A program made the translations under genes and the position numbers. This document shows, piece after piece, positions 10,842 through 21,300 of a stretch of 64,000 nt of DNA. Source of the DNA: Cyanophora paradoxa CCMP329 (taxonomy: Eukaryota; Plantae; Glaucophyta); the NCBI GenBank assembly GCA_004431415.1, contig QPMI01000587.1, forward strand, positions 45,205 to 109,204, given 5' to 3'. Under the pieces are notes generated by a model that had not been told where the DNA came from, searched no databases, and was given only the letters and a program-made list of their open reading frames with translations. How positions within the stretch are numbered: position 1 is the stretch's first letter; every line of letters starts with the position of its first letter.

Positions 10842-12506
10842 ATGGCTGCCGCCCAGAAGATCGACATCATTTCCCGTCTTAACACGAGCAGTCAAAATAA
10901 GTATGATGGCACTAGCCCTTCGTTCACATATGACAATTTTCTAGCTGAAGTGAATTTTAATTTAAGCATGGAACTTCCATGGACCAACAACGATAAATTT
11001 CAGATCATACAGGCTATTACTACTGGAGCGGTCAAACTATTTGTTGATGGGAAGAAGCCTAATGGGGCGATCCCTGATGGATTTATTGCATCTCTGTTGA
11101 ATGATATTAAAATGCGATTCGATTTCAGTGAAACGGACTACTGGAAGGAAATCGAAAATTTGAATCCTCGTAATCCACTAACCAATGAGTTTGATCTCCG
11201 AGTATTTTTGTCTAGAGTGGCCTTGATTGCTCCGAAAGCGTGGCCCAACGAATCGGACAGTAACCGTGTAAACAAAATGAAATTTTGGTTGTGCGTTGGG
11301 TTGAATATTAGAATGGGAGAAATCCGATCTGTTGATGATTTTCTCAGAGTTCGTGAAAAGGTAAAAAAGAAGAAAAATGTGCCTCTGGTTCTTGAACAGC
11401 CAAAAGGGGATCAACCTGTTATGTCAGCTGCCGCAAACGCTCCATCCAATTCTTCTTCTAATGCTGCTAATCGTCTAGGCAATGTTGGAAATGTAGGAAT
11501 TAATATTGGAAATGTTCCTTCTGGATCTGTTGGCTCTAGGCCTGGGTGCCAGCATTGTGGACTGTTTTTGGATTTGTTTCCTCGACATGATCCGGACCAG
11601 TGTCAGAATAGACCTGGGGCACCGCCTCGAGCACCTTTTTATGGATCTCGTGGGTATTCTGGACCCAATCGAGGCAGTTTTCAGCAGAGAGGCTCTTATC
11701 GTCCCCAGATTGTAAATCAGCGCCCTGCCCGCCAGGTAAATAATGTCCAGGAAGATGTTGAGGAAAATGTGTCTAATGAAACCAACTCTGGGTACTCGGC
11801 TAGGGATAAAAGAGTGTATACAAAGCAGGAGCTCATGCAACTTCGCCCTAGGGAAGGGACAGTGCCAATCACCATCCAAGGTGTGAGGACCAAAGCACTG
11901 CTGGATTCTGGAGCTGATGTCTCACTAGCAACAACAAGTTTGTTAAATCAAGCCTCGGACAAACCAGCACTCTTCTCTAATGCAACTGTGCCCAAACTGA
12001 AAGGATTCAACAACAACATTGTAGAAGCAGTTGGTAAAATGCAAGTAACTGTGGAGCTTGGATCTTTGAAAACAACTGAACCAGTTGTTGTTGTAGATAA
12101 GCTTGCTCATGATGTTATCTTGGGCAGAGATTATCTGATCAAGAACCAAATGGATATGTCTTTTTCTGACGGGTGTGTGACATCAAAGATCGACAAGAAT
12201 TTTCAGGTTCCAATAGAGTTGGGCAAGAATAATCGCCTGAAGCTAAACAATACTGTGTCTCTACCTGCTGCATGTGGAGTTAAAGTTGCCCTTTCCTCCA
12301 ACACTGCACCGAGTGTTTGGGGGCTTGAATGTTTCCTGGGTTCACTCCCTCTTAGCCCTGGTCAGTTTGAATTCCCGTTGGGCCCACAACAGCAAGGTCA
12401 GGTGCACACAAAAACTTTCCAGGGGGAACGTGCACAAGGTGCTAGCCTTAGGCAGGTGCACCCAGCCCAGCAGAGGCCCTGTAAGAGGCTCTGCCCTTCC
12501 AAGTAG
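10842..12506 (+). CDS. gag: Gag plus aspartic protease of Gypsy B, truncated (C-terminus reads into host repeat from ~12305)
   Basis: CQHC..H....C knuckle-like motif, ALLDSGADVS, DVILGRDYL. Confidence 0.85.
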   Translation: MAAAQKIDIISRLNTSSQNKYDGTSPSFTYDNFLAEVNFNLSMELPWTNNDKFQIIQAITTGAVKLFVDGKKPNGAIPDGFIASLLNDIKMRFDFSETDYWKEIENLNPRNPLTNEFDLRVFLSRVALIAPKAWPNESDSNRVNKMKFWLCVGLNIRMGEIRSVDDFLRVREKVKKKKNVPLVLEQPKGDQPVMSAAANAPSNSSSNAANRLGNVGNVGINIGNVPSGSVGSRPGCQHCGLFLDLFPRHDPDQCQNRPGAPPRAPFYGSRGYSGPNRGSFQQRGSYRPQIVNQRPARQVNNVQEDVEENVSNETNSGYSARDKRVYTKQELMQLRPREGTVPITIQGVRTKALLDSGADVSLATTSLLNQASDKPALFSNATVPKLKGFNNNIVEAVGKMQVTVELGSLKTTEPVVVVDKLAHDVILGRDYLIKNQMDMSFSDGCVTSKIDKNFQVPIELGKNNRLKLNNTVSLPAACGVKVALSSNTAPSVWGLECFLGSLPLSPGQFEFPLGPQQQGQVHTKTFQGERAQGASLRQVHPAQQRPCKRLCPSK

Positions 12507-12566
12507 GTCAGGTGCACACAAAAACTTTCCAGGGGGAACATGCACAAGGCGCTAGCCTTAAGCAGG
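12305..12566 (+). repeat. Copies of host repeat family replacing Gypsy B pol
   Basis: Two ggtcaggtgcacacaaaaactttccaggggga units. Confidence 0.8.
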
Positions 12567-12610
12567 GATCACCGTGAAGTTTCGGGGGGTGTTGTGATAG
12601 CCCCCGTTGG

Positions 12611-15223
12611 ATGCCCGCTCGCACATATTTCCCTTATTTTCGCTCCCTGCGTGCTCCAATATTTTACCTGAGCTCCAACGGCAAGAAGATTATGGGCTTT
12701 ATCGCGGTCCCCATGTTTGGTGAAGGGATGCTCTCGGAAATTCAAGTTAACAACAATTTCCGCTGGAGCAAGGAAGCCCCTCTCATCACGCCAACACAGC
12801 TGCAAGAACTTGTTGGCAACCGAGTGTCGCCCCCAGCTCTCCTCGAGAAGGTCCAGCAGAAGTTCCGATCGTACAAGCTTGACTACCTCGTCGCGGAAAA
12901 GAAGTTCGGCGACCTCTGCCTGGTAGTTACCCAAGACCCGTCCAACCAAGCGGAACACATATACATTGGAGTCGAGGCCTCACATGCTGACTGGACAGCA
13001 GCAACAAGCAGGATTCTAATGGCTACGGCAGCAGATGCCAGACTGGACAACCTGACGCGACCTCAGTTCCTGCACCCGACCTTCAAGGGCCCGTCAAGTG
13101 ACACCCCTCTGGCAATGGTCCGGGTCCTGGTCAACGGCCAGCTCACGACCGGCATGGGCCAGCAGCTAATTGACGCCGCAATCAACCGTGTTCTTCAGTT
13201 GGAGGGAAACTCGGCACGGGTCAACAAGCACCAAGTCATCATGCACTTCACAAAGCTTACAGACCGGGTGCCAAGGCGGGACAATGTGTACCTTCAGGAG
13301 ACAGTCCAACGGATGTGTACCGTTTTCCATTTTACTACAGCATGGGCAATCGGACAAGCACTTGTTGGGGCAAAGGAGGGAGTCCCGGCCGAAACTTTCG
13401 CAGGCAACAGAGTCTCAAACTATGTCACTATGACCACAAACAGAGACCCTGTCGTTGATTTTGACATAGTCCCGACTTCTTACGCCAAGACCACAATGGA
13501 CTTGGTCACGCCGACCGAATACACAGCTGACCACGAAGAAATGCCAACATACATCACTGTCGGATTGGAGATTGGAGATGAGGACCATGAGAAGCAAGAG
13601 GCAAATGACATGTTGGCCAGAAGGATTCGAGCGGTGAGTCTTCATACAGAATGTAACCAGAGAAAACTCAACAGAGTCACAGATGCATCGGCTCCCCATC
13701 GACTCCAGACTGCGGTTCCAACTGGGGCGCATGTCCCTGCCGCAGTCCCGAGCCCTCTCAGAGCTGATGGCGCTGGCCAAGCGGAAGCAAGCGGTGGACG
13801 CAGGCCAAGTAGTGGCAACTATCTACGAGATGGAAGACGGCACGTCCCTCCTAAACATGATGTACGCCAGCTCACACAGTCACAGGGGTCTCCGAAGCCC
13901 ACATTTACGCCATTCACATCCCCAACTGGAATGGACGATTCAATTGGGCACCCTTCTGTAAAACATGCTTCAGCCAGACATCTGATATCTGCAAGGAGCT
14001 TGAATCTTACATCCATAAGGCAGACAAGTGCCCACACAAACCGGTGCACCAGACCCAAGGAACTAAGGCAGAACCTGGGCCAAACATTGACATTCCCCCG
14101 CATGTTCACCACAGGATCGGCCTGGCAACGGACCAGGACAGGATGGACAGGGCGGACGGGGCGGACGGGGCGGGCGGGGCGGCCGCGGCCGCGGAAACCC
14201 ACGGGGGCGTGGGGGCCTCGGCCCCAACTCCCAGACCCACGTGCGGTCCTCCAACCAAGTGCGGGACGATTTCGCTGCCGCAGGATACTGAGCAGAACAG
14301 ACCAAGAATCACGAGTAGTCCATGAACAAAACAAAATACAACAAGCTGCAATGGTATTGCATGCCGTGATCGCACATCTGCAAGAGGCAATCATTCCCAT
14401 TATAGTGTCCTGCCCCTACCTTCTCGGACCACTGCTACTTATTGAAGGAATCTCCCGGATAGCCACTGCTCAGTCAAGAAAGCGAGCGCTCACAAACTTC
14501 GTCCTGATGATAGTGCTCATAGGCTGCATCGGGCAACTTCCCACAACCTCAGCCCTTGAGAGTGAGAGAATTATCCAAGAGAGCTTGGAGGGAGCACTAG
14601 ACCACAGCGACACACACTTTGGTCAGGACCCCATCCAAATACACAAGCAGAAGCCAGACGACCTGGTTAGGATCACATCCTGGAATTGCCAGACACTCAA
14701 TGAAGACAAACTGTCTATGGCCCTGACTACAGCACGAGAGTGGTCCTATGACATATTAGCCCTTCAGGAAACCAACGCCTCTGAAACAAAAGGGAAAATC
14801 TGGCAAACACAATACTCGAAGGACGGAGTCTTCTTACACTCGGGCAGGAAGAAAGACCCGCGTGGGTCGGGGACCGGCCTATGGTTGAGCGAACGACTCA
14901 AGATTCACATAGGAAAACGGTTTACCTGGCCGGGAAGGCTAATAGGGGTGGAACTGAACTTCGCGGCTAAAAAGATCATCATTGCGTCCTTATATATGCC
15001 AGCAACTGAACGGCGAGACACGGGTCACAAGAAAGAACAGGAGGACCTTATAGAATACATCCGTACCACAATCAGAGCAACAGCATACGCCAGCCCAGTT
15101 AAATGCTCGATTATACTAGTTGGAGACTTTAACAGTGTGGCGAACCCCCAGCAGGATCGAATCACAACAGATCAGGGCCAGACAGAACATTTTGGACAAC
15201 AATGCAAAATGAATGGGGACTGA
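12611..15223 (+). CDS. LINE B ORF1 region plus N-terminal AP-endonuclease of ORF2 (probably frameshifted)
   Basis: SWNCQTL, ILALQETN, IILVGDFN; slip near 15200 into the frame with RLD..SDHLPV. Confidence 0.75.
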   Translation: MPARTYFPYFRSLRAPIFYLSSNGKKIMGFIAVPMFGEGMLSEIQVNNNFRWSKEAPLITPTQLQELVGNRVSPPALLEKVQQKFRSYKLDYLVAEKKFGDLCLVVTQDPSNQAEHIYIGVEASHADWTAATSRILMATAADARLDNLTRPQFLHPTFKGPSSDTPLAMVRVLVNGQLTTGMGQQLIDAAINRVLQLEGNSARVNKHQVIMHFTKLTDRVPRRDNVYLQETVQRMCTVFHFTTAWAIGQALVGAKEGVPAETFAGNRVSNYVTMTTNRDPVVDFDIVPTSYAKTTMDLVTPTEYTADHEEMPTYITVGLEIGDEDHEKQEANDMLARRIRAVSLHTECNQRKLNRVTDASAPHRLQTAVPTGAHVPAAVPSPLRADGAGQAEASGGRRPSSGNYLRDGRRHVPPKHDVRQLTQSQGSPKPTFTPFTSPTGMDDSIGHPSVKHASARHLISARSLNLTSIRQTSAHTNRCTRPKELRQNLGQTLTFPRMFTTGSAWQRTRTGWTGRTGRTGRAGRPRPRKPTGAWGPRPQLPDPRAVLQPSAGRFRCRRILSRTDQESRVVHEQNKIQQAAMVLHAVIAHLQEAIIPIIVSCPYLLGPLLLIEGISRIATAQSRKRALTNFVLMIVLIGCIGQLPTTSALESERIIQESLEGALDHSDTHFGQDPIQIHKQKPDDLVRITSWNCQTLNEDKLSMALTTAREWSYDILALQETNASETKGKIWQTQYSKDGVFLHSGRKKDPRGSGTGLWLSERLKIHIGKRFTWPGRLIGVELNFAAKKIIIASLYMPATERRDTGHKKEQEDLIEYIRTTIRATAYASPVKCSIILVGDFNSVANPQQDRITTDQGQTEHFGQQCKMNGD

Positions 15224-17889
15224 CAGACATCGGACAGCCCGGGGAGGTCACATTCTGGGCGGGCAAAGGAGCAGCCCTCCACGCCGCAAGACTTGACACG
15301 ATGGTGGTAACAGCCGACGTCCGACCAGCAACGAAAGGAGCCCGGGCCATTGCGATAGCAGCACACCAACCTGGCCACTCCGACCACCTCCCCGTCTGCG
15401 CCGACTTCAACTTCAAGGCAATGGAGATGGAAATCAAAGGATCGAATAAACCGAACGCACCGGTTCCAGGACCCCCACGGTTTACAATTGAAGAACAGGA
15501 CATTGAAGTTCGCACCAAGTACAAGGTGAAAGTAATGGAAGAACTGGACAGAACTATAGGCCGCCAGGTCGAGGAAATTATAAACGAATTAAGTCATCCA
15601 ACACAGGAACTACGCCGCTCCAAGGATGAACGGCTGACAAGGCTACACACAATTGTAACAGCCATAGTTCCCACCATGCAAACTGCAGCACGGAAACCAG
15701 AGTTTGCTAAAGCGGAGATATTTAGAGATAGAACCGTCCAGAAAATGAAGAATCCAAGCACAACCCCAGACGTAGCCCTGGTTCGACGGGGGCGCACCCT
15801 CCTCAAGGCATGGGTGCAGGCACCACAAGACGCCCCCAGCAAATTGGAAGAAGTAGGACGTCTGCGAGCACACATCAAGCAGCACAACCAGGAGATAGAC
15901 GAGGATAAAGATAACATCCAGCACGACATCCCAAAATACAAGCTGTCCAAACTGGAGCCACCACCAGAATACAAGAAAGACGAACCGTGGGAGGCTTTCT
16001 GCGAAACTTGGAAGAGCTGGCTGGAAACGATGGATTCCAAGATCTCCAGAGCGAAGAACAGTCACCACAGACTGAAGATTCAGGCCCTAATACACAAAAG
16101 ACGGACCAAGCTGGAGAACCACAAACAAATGGGGTCATACATAGCGGGAGTGATGGAAAAACGATCACGCACACCGCTGATGCATGTAGTATGGAAAGAC
16201 GAGAAGGGCCAACTACAGCACAGTAACGACTCAAACACAGTGACGTCCGTCATGGCCAATCACTGGAAGAATTGGTGGGCGCCACGCGCACCTATAGAAG
16301 ATAAAACAGAATGGCTGAAACTCTTCGGCCAAGAGGTGACGGAAGCCCTGATCGCGATGCATGCCGAAAGAGATGACATCAAACACCAGGCGTATGCAAA
16401 CGCAACAAACCTACCGGACGACAAGGAATTAGATAGAATAATAGGCGGACTCCAAAACGGAGCAGCAGGACCATCACAATTAAGCAATGCAATGATCAAA
16501 TTCCTGTACCTTCCACTGAAGTACGGTCCGGGAGAAAAGGCACAGGCAGAAGACAAGCTGAAGCACATAGGAACTGCCGACGCGATTGTAGAAAAAGAAT
16601 TTACAGCGCCACTAAGGATGCTGATCAAAGCAATCATCTGGGAACTCATGGACCTGGATGATATGCCAGCCCCAATGGCAGAAGCACTCATATGTCCCCT
16701 TCCGAAGACAGGCACACACGACGGTACATTAGAGAATCTGCGCCCCATCGCCCTTCAAGACACACTGCTGAAAATAGTGGCAAGTATTTACACAGAACGA
16801 CTCACCATAATCATGCAGGATAACAAAATCCTGAGCGAGTCGAACTTTGGATTCACTCCAGGGGTAGGCACAGAGGAACCCTTATACATCTTGAGAGCAG
16901 CTATTGAAGACGCACACAAGTTTAACAAGCCAATCTATAAAGCGGGCGTCGACGTCAAAAAGGCATACTGTAGCGTCATGTGGTCGTCCCTCGAAAAAGC
17001 CCTCCGGCAAAAGAAGATCCCAGAGAAAATCATTGCCTTCTTCAGAAGATGGGATGAGAAGAGAATGGGACGAGCAATAACGGGATTGGGGCTGTCAGAC
17101 CTATTTGAGATCCAATGTGGAATGGCGCAAGGAGCAAACCAAAGCCCACTCTTCTGGCGGATTTTTGTAGATCAGAAAGAGCGAATCATATCTAAACTTG
17201 CAAAGCAAAATGGCTGGAGCTACCAGTTTGGACCGGCTCCTCAGAAGAAAGGACTACCCCAGGAATGGGCCCCAGATCCAGTTTGGGTGGATGATGTGGC
17301 CTTCGCTGACGACGACGTCCTGCTTAGCGGATCAATAGAAGGACTCCAGCAAATGGTCAAACTAATGTCAGCGTTCTATACGGTACACGACATAGAGCTC
17401 AGCGCGCCAAAAACAGTAGCAACATATTGGCGACCCCGACCCAGCAAAGCTAAACCCCTGACAAAACTAGAAATCTATACGAGAGCAGGACTGGTTCCGG
17501 TTCCTAAAATCCACCAGCCCAACGAAACATTTAAATTTCTTGGGGTTTGGTTCACGATGACACTGAACTGGACGCACCAATTCCAGAACATGCTCGAGAT
17601 GGCAGCAGCTATCCTCCGACCAAAACGCCTGACAGACACAGAAATCATCTTCCTCACCCACGTAGTGATAATGCCACGGATAACATACGGACTCAAAGTG
17701 CTCACTTTGTCTGAGACGAAACGGAATCAAATCGATCGTATATTTCGAGGGTTACTCAAAGAAAAAGCAAGTCTTCACCGAGGGTTCCCGTCAGCAGTAC
17801 TCCACACGCCCGACATTTACGGTTTACACCCAATACAATACTACCAGCTAAAAATGCACCTCCTAGACGAGAAGACGAGACTCAACCAT
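15202..17889 (+). CDS. LINE B ORF2: APE C-terminus and reverse transcriptase (cut by Gypsy C)
   Basis: SDHLPV; RPIALQDTLLK; DVKKAYCSV; GMAQGANQSP; AFADD; FKFLGVW. Confidence 0.93.
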
Positions 17890-18317
17890 TGTTCGATCTT
17901 AAATGAGGCTCTCCCCAGGCATATTCAGCCTCTAGAGCACTCTAGAACCCTGGTGACTGAGCCCCAGCCTTCACACGCAGAGATACAGACCTGGACAGTC
18001 GGATTCCCAGACACAGGAGCCCGAGGCACAGACGCCTGGCTCGTAGGCACACGCTGACTCGTGTACATGGCTGCAAGAGGGCTTATATAGGCTAGGCTAG
18101 GAAGCTTCTCGAGGGGCTGGCCGACTGCGGCTAGCCTCGGAATATTCACGAATAACTAGCCCTAGAAGCTTCTCGAACATCTAGCCCTAGCCGCCCTGTC
18201 TAAAGGTACATGATCCTGCGCTTGCTAAGGGTACATGATTCTGTATTACAATGAGTCACGCCCTGATCATGAGTTCGATCACGATCACGAAGCTAGCGCT
18301 TCAAAGCGACCACAACA
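17890..18317 (-). repeat. 3' LTR of Gypsy C
   Basis: Direct repeat of 26904-27331. Confidence 0.97.
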
Positions 18318-18379
18318 TTCGTCCTAGCACCAACGTGACGTCCTCGTCACGAAAACGACCACAACATACGGGCCTAGCA

Positions 18380-21300
18380 CTAAGCCAGAGGCATAGATAA
18401 CTCAACAGGACGCCCACGCAAACACGTCACATGCACTACAAAAGACTCTCCTGGTCTATGATGTACACGCACGTCGTCTGCAAACGACGTTATCCTCACT
18501 CTAGATCTCGAAATGACTTCTTGCACAAAATAGGGGCCGCTCCAACCCGAAGCGTTCGGAAGTCCAGGCTTCTTTGAACGATCGGTCGGCACGAAAAGAT
18601 CCACTGGCTGTCCAGCCATAAACTGTCGCTTTCGACCTCGATTAATATTTACATGCAGATGCCGCATGCGAAGTCCTTGCCGGAACATGTTCAGAAAGGC
18701 TTGCTCCCGATCAAATTTTTGACGGGTACGCAATTCCGTCACCAACGTACTGTAGCCCTCCTTGCTCAGCGACCGCAGTCGGTCGGCCTCAGTAGCGACC
18801 GGCCCAACTCGTTCGCTGAACAGTGGAACGAAGCTAGGAGCTTTCGCCTTAGTCGGCTGTGCCACCGTTGACTCCGCCGCGCGAGCTCTGTCCCTTGGAT
18901 GAGCACGCGTGGACGGCGTCGTCCAGTGCGCTCCCGGAGCGTCGAACTGCAACTTGTCAAGCTTGGCAATCAGTACTGCCGCCGCGGGTGCTGCAATCCG
19001 CCAGCGACAATGCAATGGTTGCCGTCGCTTGCTTGTCACCATCGAGCACTCAGACCAGCAAGTCCCATCCCATCGCCAGATCGTGTGTGAGTCCTCCTTA
19101 TCGTTCTCCGCCGTCGTCTTGCCCGGACCGAACGCCAGCGCAGATGGCGAAGGGGCCAACTGCGCCGCGCCCGATCCCAGAGTCGCCAGCGACGAGAACT
19201 TGAGATCCAGCGATGTGAAGGGATCGTAGCCCTTGTGCAGTCGGAACGGAGTGAATCCCGTCGCCGAGTGCTGAGTCGTCCGCATCGCGTGAAGCGCCGC
19301 GTCCACCCACTTCGTCCAGCTGGTCCCGCGGTGCTCCTCCGTGAGCGTACGAATCTTAGCCTCCAACGTCTGATGTCCGCGCTCCAGGGCTCCCTTCGTC
19401 TGAGGCGCGTACGCTGGCATGATGACCAGCCGCACGCCCTTCTCAGCTAGGTACGCTTGCACGTCCTTGCTAATGAACGCCGTGCCTTGATCGCACTCGA
19501 TCTCCAGAGGCAAGCCATGCTCCTTGAACTCCGCCTCAAGAGCCTCGATCACGGTGCGACTATTAGCCACCGGCTTGACATGCGCCATCATCCACTTCGA
19601 AAACACGTCCTCTAGCGTGATCAGCGACTTAGCATCTTGTCCAGCAAACTTAACCTCATCGATCTGCCAGCGCTGCATCGGTCGAGATGCAAATCTAGGC
19701 GTCGGCTTCGCCTCCGTCGCTCGATCAAATTTCTGATTCCGGCATGGTTCGCAGGTCGACACGAACTTGCGAATGCTCTCCCGCATCCGAGGCCAGTAAA
19801 ACTTCATGTTCACTCGTTTGACTGTCGCATGGTAGCCGCCGTGACCCGCGCCGTAACCGCTGTGCGCCTCACGAACGATTTCGGATCGCAGGGCCGTCGG
19901 GACCACGATGCGCGTCAACTCCTTGTCTTGCAGCCACGAGACGTGGAGGAGGAGACCTCCAGGTCCGAGTTTGTAATCTTGAGCACGTTGTGCGAGATCC
20001 GATCGCGTTTTCGCAGGGAGCTTCGAGATCGACTTCTCCCCCGCCAACCAAGCGATGAGCGGCGATAGCGTCCGGTCTGCCCGCTGAGCGTCGCGCAACC
20101 GAGAGCTAGGCAAGCTCGTCGGCTGTTCGCTTACGTTGGCGACCGCAGGAGCTGCCGCCGGCTGGAACCGTCGCTTCGCCAAGCGCCGGCCAGCACAGAG
20201 CGAGCAGGCATCGACTACGGCGCGAACTCGTCGCACGAGCCAGCCAGGCGCAGGCGCGGACTCCCCGGCCACGGCCTGAACTGCTGCGCGCAAGGTCGCT
20301 CGGAACCCCAGGCACGTTACTTGTCCTGCCCTTGGTCGCTTCCCTGGCTGAGTAGCGATGTCTGGCGTTGCCGTCCGCAGATGCAGACGTTTGACGTCGT
20401 CGTCCGTGAGAGGGAGCGACGCCAAGTTCTTCTTCCAGCTCCGAGTCCCCAGCGGGCGGCCGAACCGCGCAGTGCTCTCCTGCACCGACGCGACTCGCGG
20501 CGCCTCCGTCTTGCCCTTGAGTCGGTGCGCCACCTCCCGCTTGCGAAGGAACTCCGAGATAGCCAGACGATCGCCCTTGCTAGCCAAGAGAGCGACTAGA
20601 GCTTCGCCGGCCAGCTGCTGGAGTGACGGGGGGCTGGGCCCGACGCGCTTAGTAGCGATTGCCTCCTGCAATGCGCTGACCAAGTCGCAATCGACCGCAG
20701 CCTGGGTGTAGCCCACGTCGACGTGACCAGCGGCTGGTGCCGAAGCTGCGACGGACGAGACGACAGCTGCAGCTGCTGGCTCGTTCGTCCTAGCACCGCA
20801 AGCTGCGTTCGTCCTAGCACCGAAAAATGGATCAGGGTCCGTCTCCGTCGCCTTATCCACTTTCGTGTACTTCTCATAAAGTCGCGACAGGACATCGGGC
20901 TCGATGTTCTTCGTGCCCTTCACGTACTCAATGTCAAACGGCATGAACCGCATGAGTCGTTCGGCCCACTTGGCGTGACGATTCGCGACTGCACCACTGA
21001 GTTGGTACGTCGGCCGCAATACCGTCAGCAACGCCTTGTGATCTGTGCGCAGGGTAAAGCGCCCTAGCTCCAGATACGGCCGATACTGCTCAGTGACGGC
21101 CCACACCACTGCAGCTGCTTCCAGGTCTGTCACTGAATAATTGCGTTCCGAGTCCCTTGTCGCTCGACTCGCGCAACTGACAAGGTACTCCAGACCGCGA
21201 ATGTCCTTCTGCTTCAGGACCGCGCCGAATCCGTCGACACTGGCGTCGGTCTGAAGTATGAACGGACGAGTGAAGTCGGGGTACCGCAACACGGGCGCCG

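Larger units (their letters stand above)
10540..12605 (+). mobile_element. Internally deleted Gypsy-like element B with ~108-bp 5' LTR, PBS, gag-protease, PPT and start of 3' LTR
   Basis: tgtgatagccccc at 10542 recurs at 12593 right after a G-tract; LTR ends in CA at 10648, followed by TGGTAGCATCGG. Confidence 0.7.

Noticed and set aside
12611-15223. Genuine 870-aa ORF1-endonuclease fusion
   Set aside because: The middle reads more protein-like in another frame (13683-14325), so the fusion is probably due to indels
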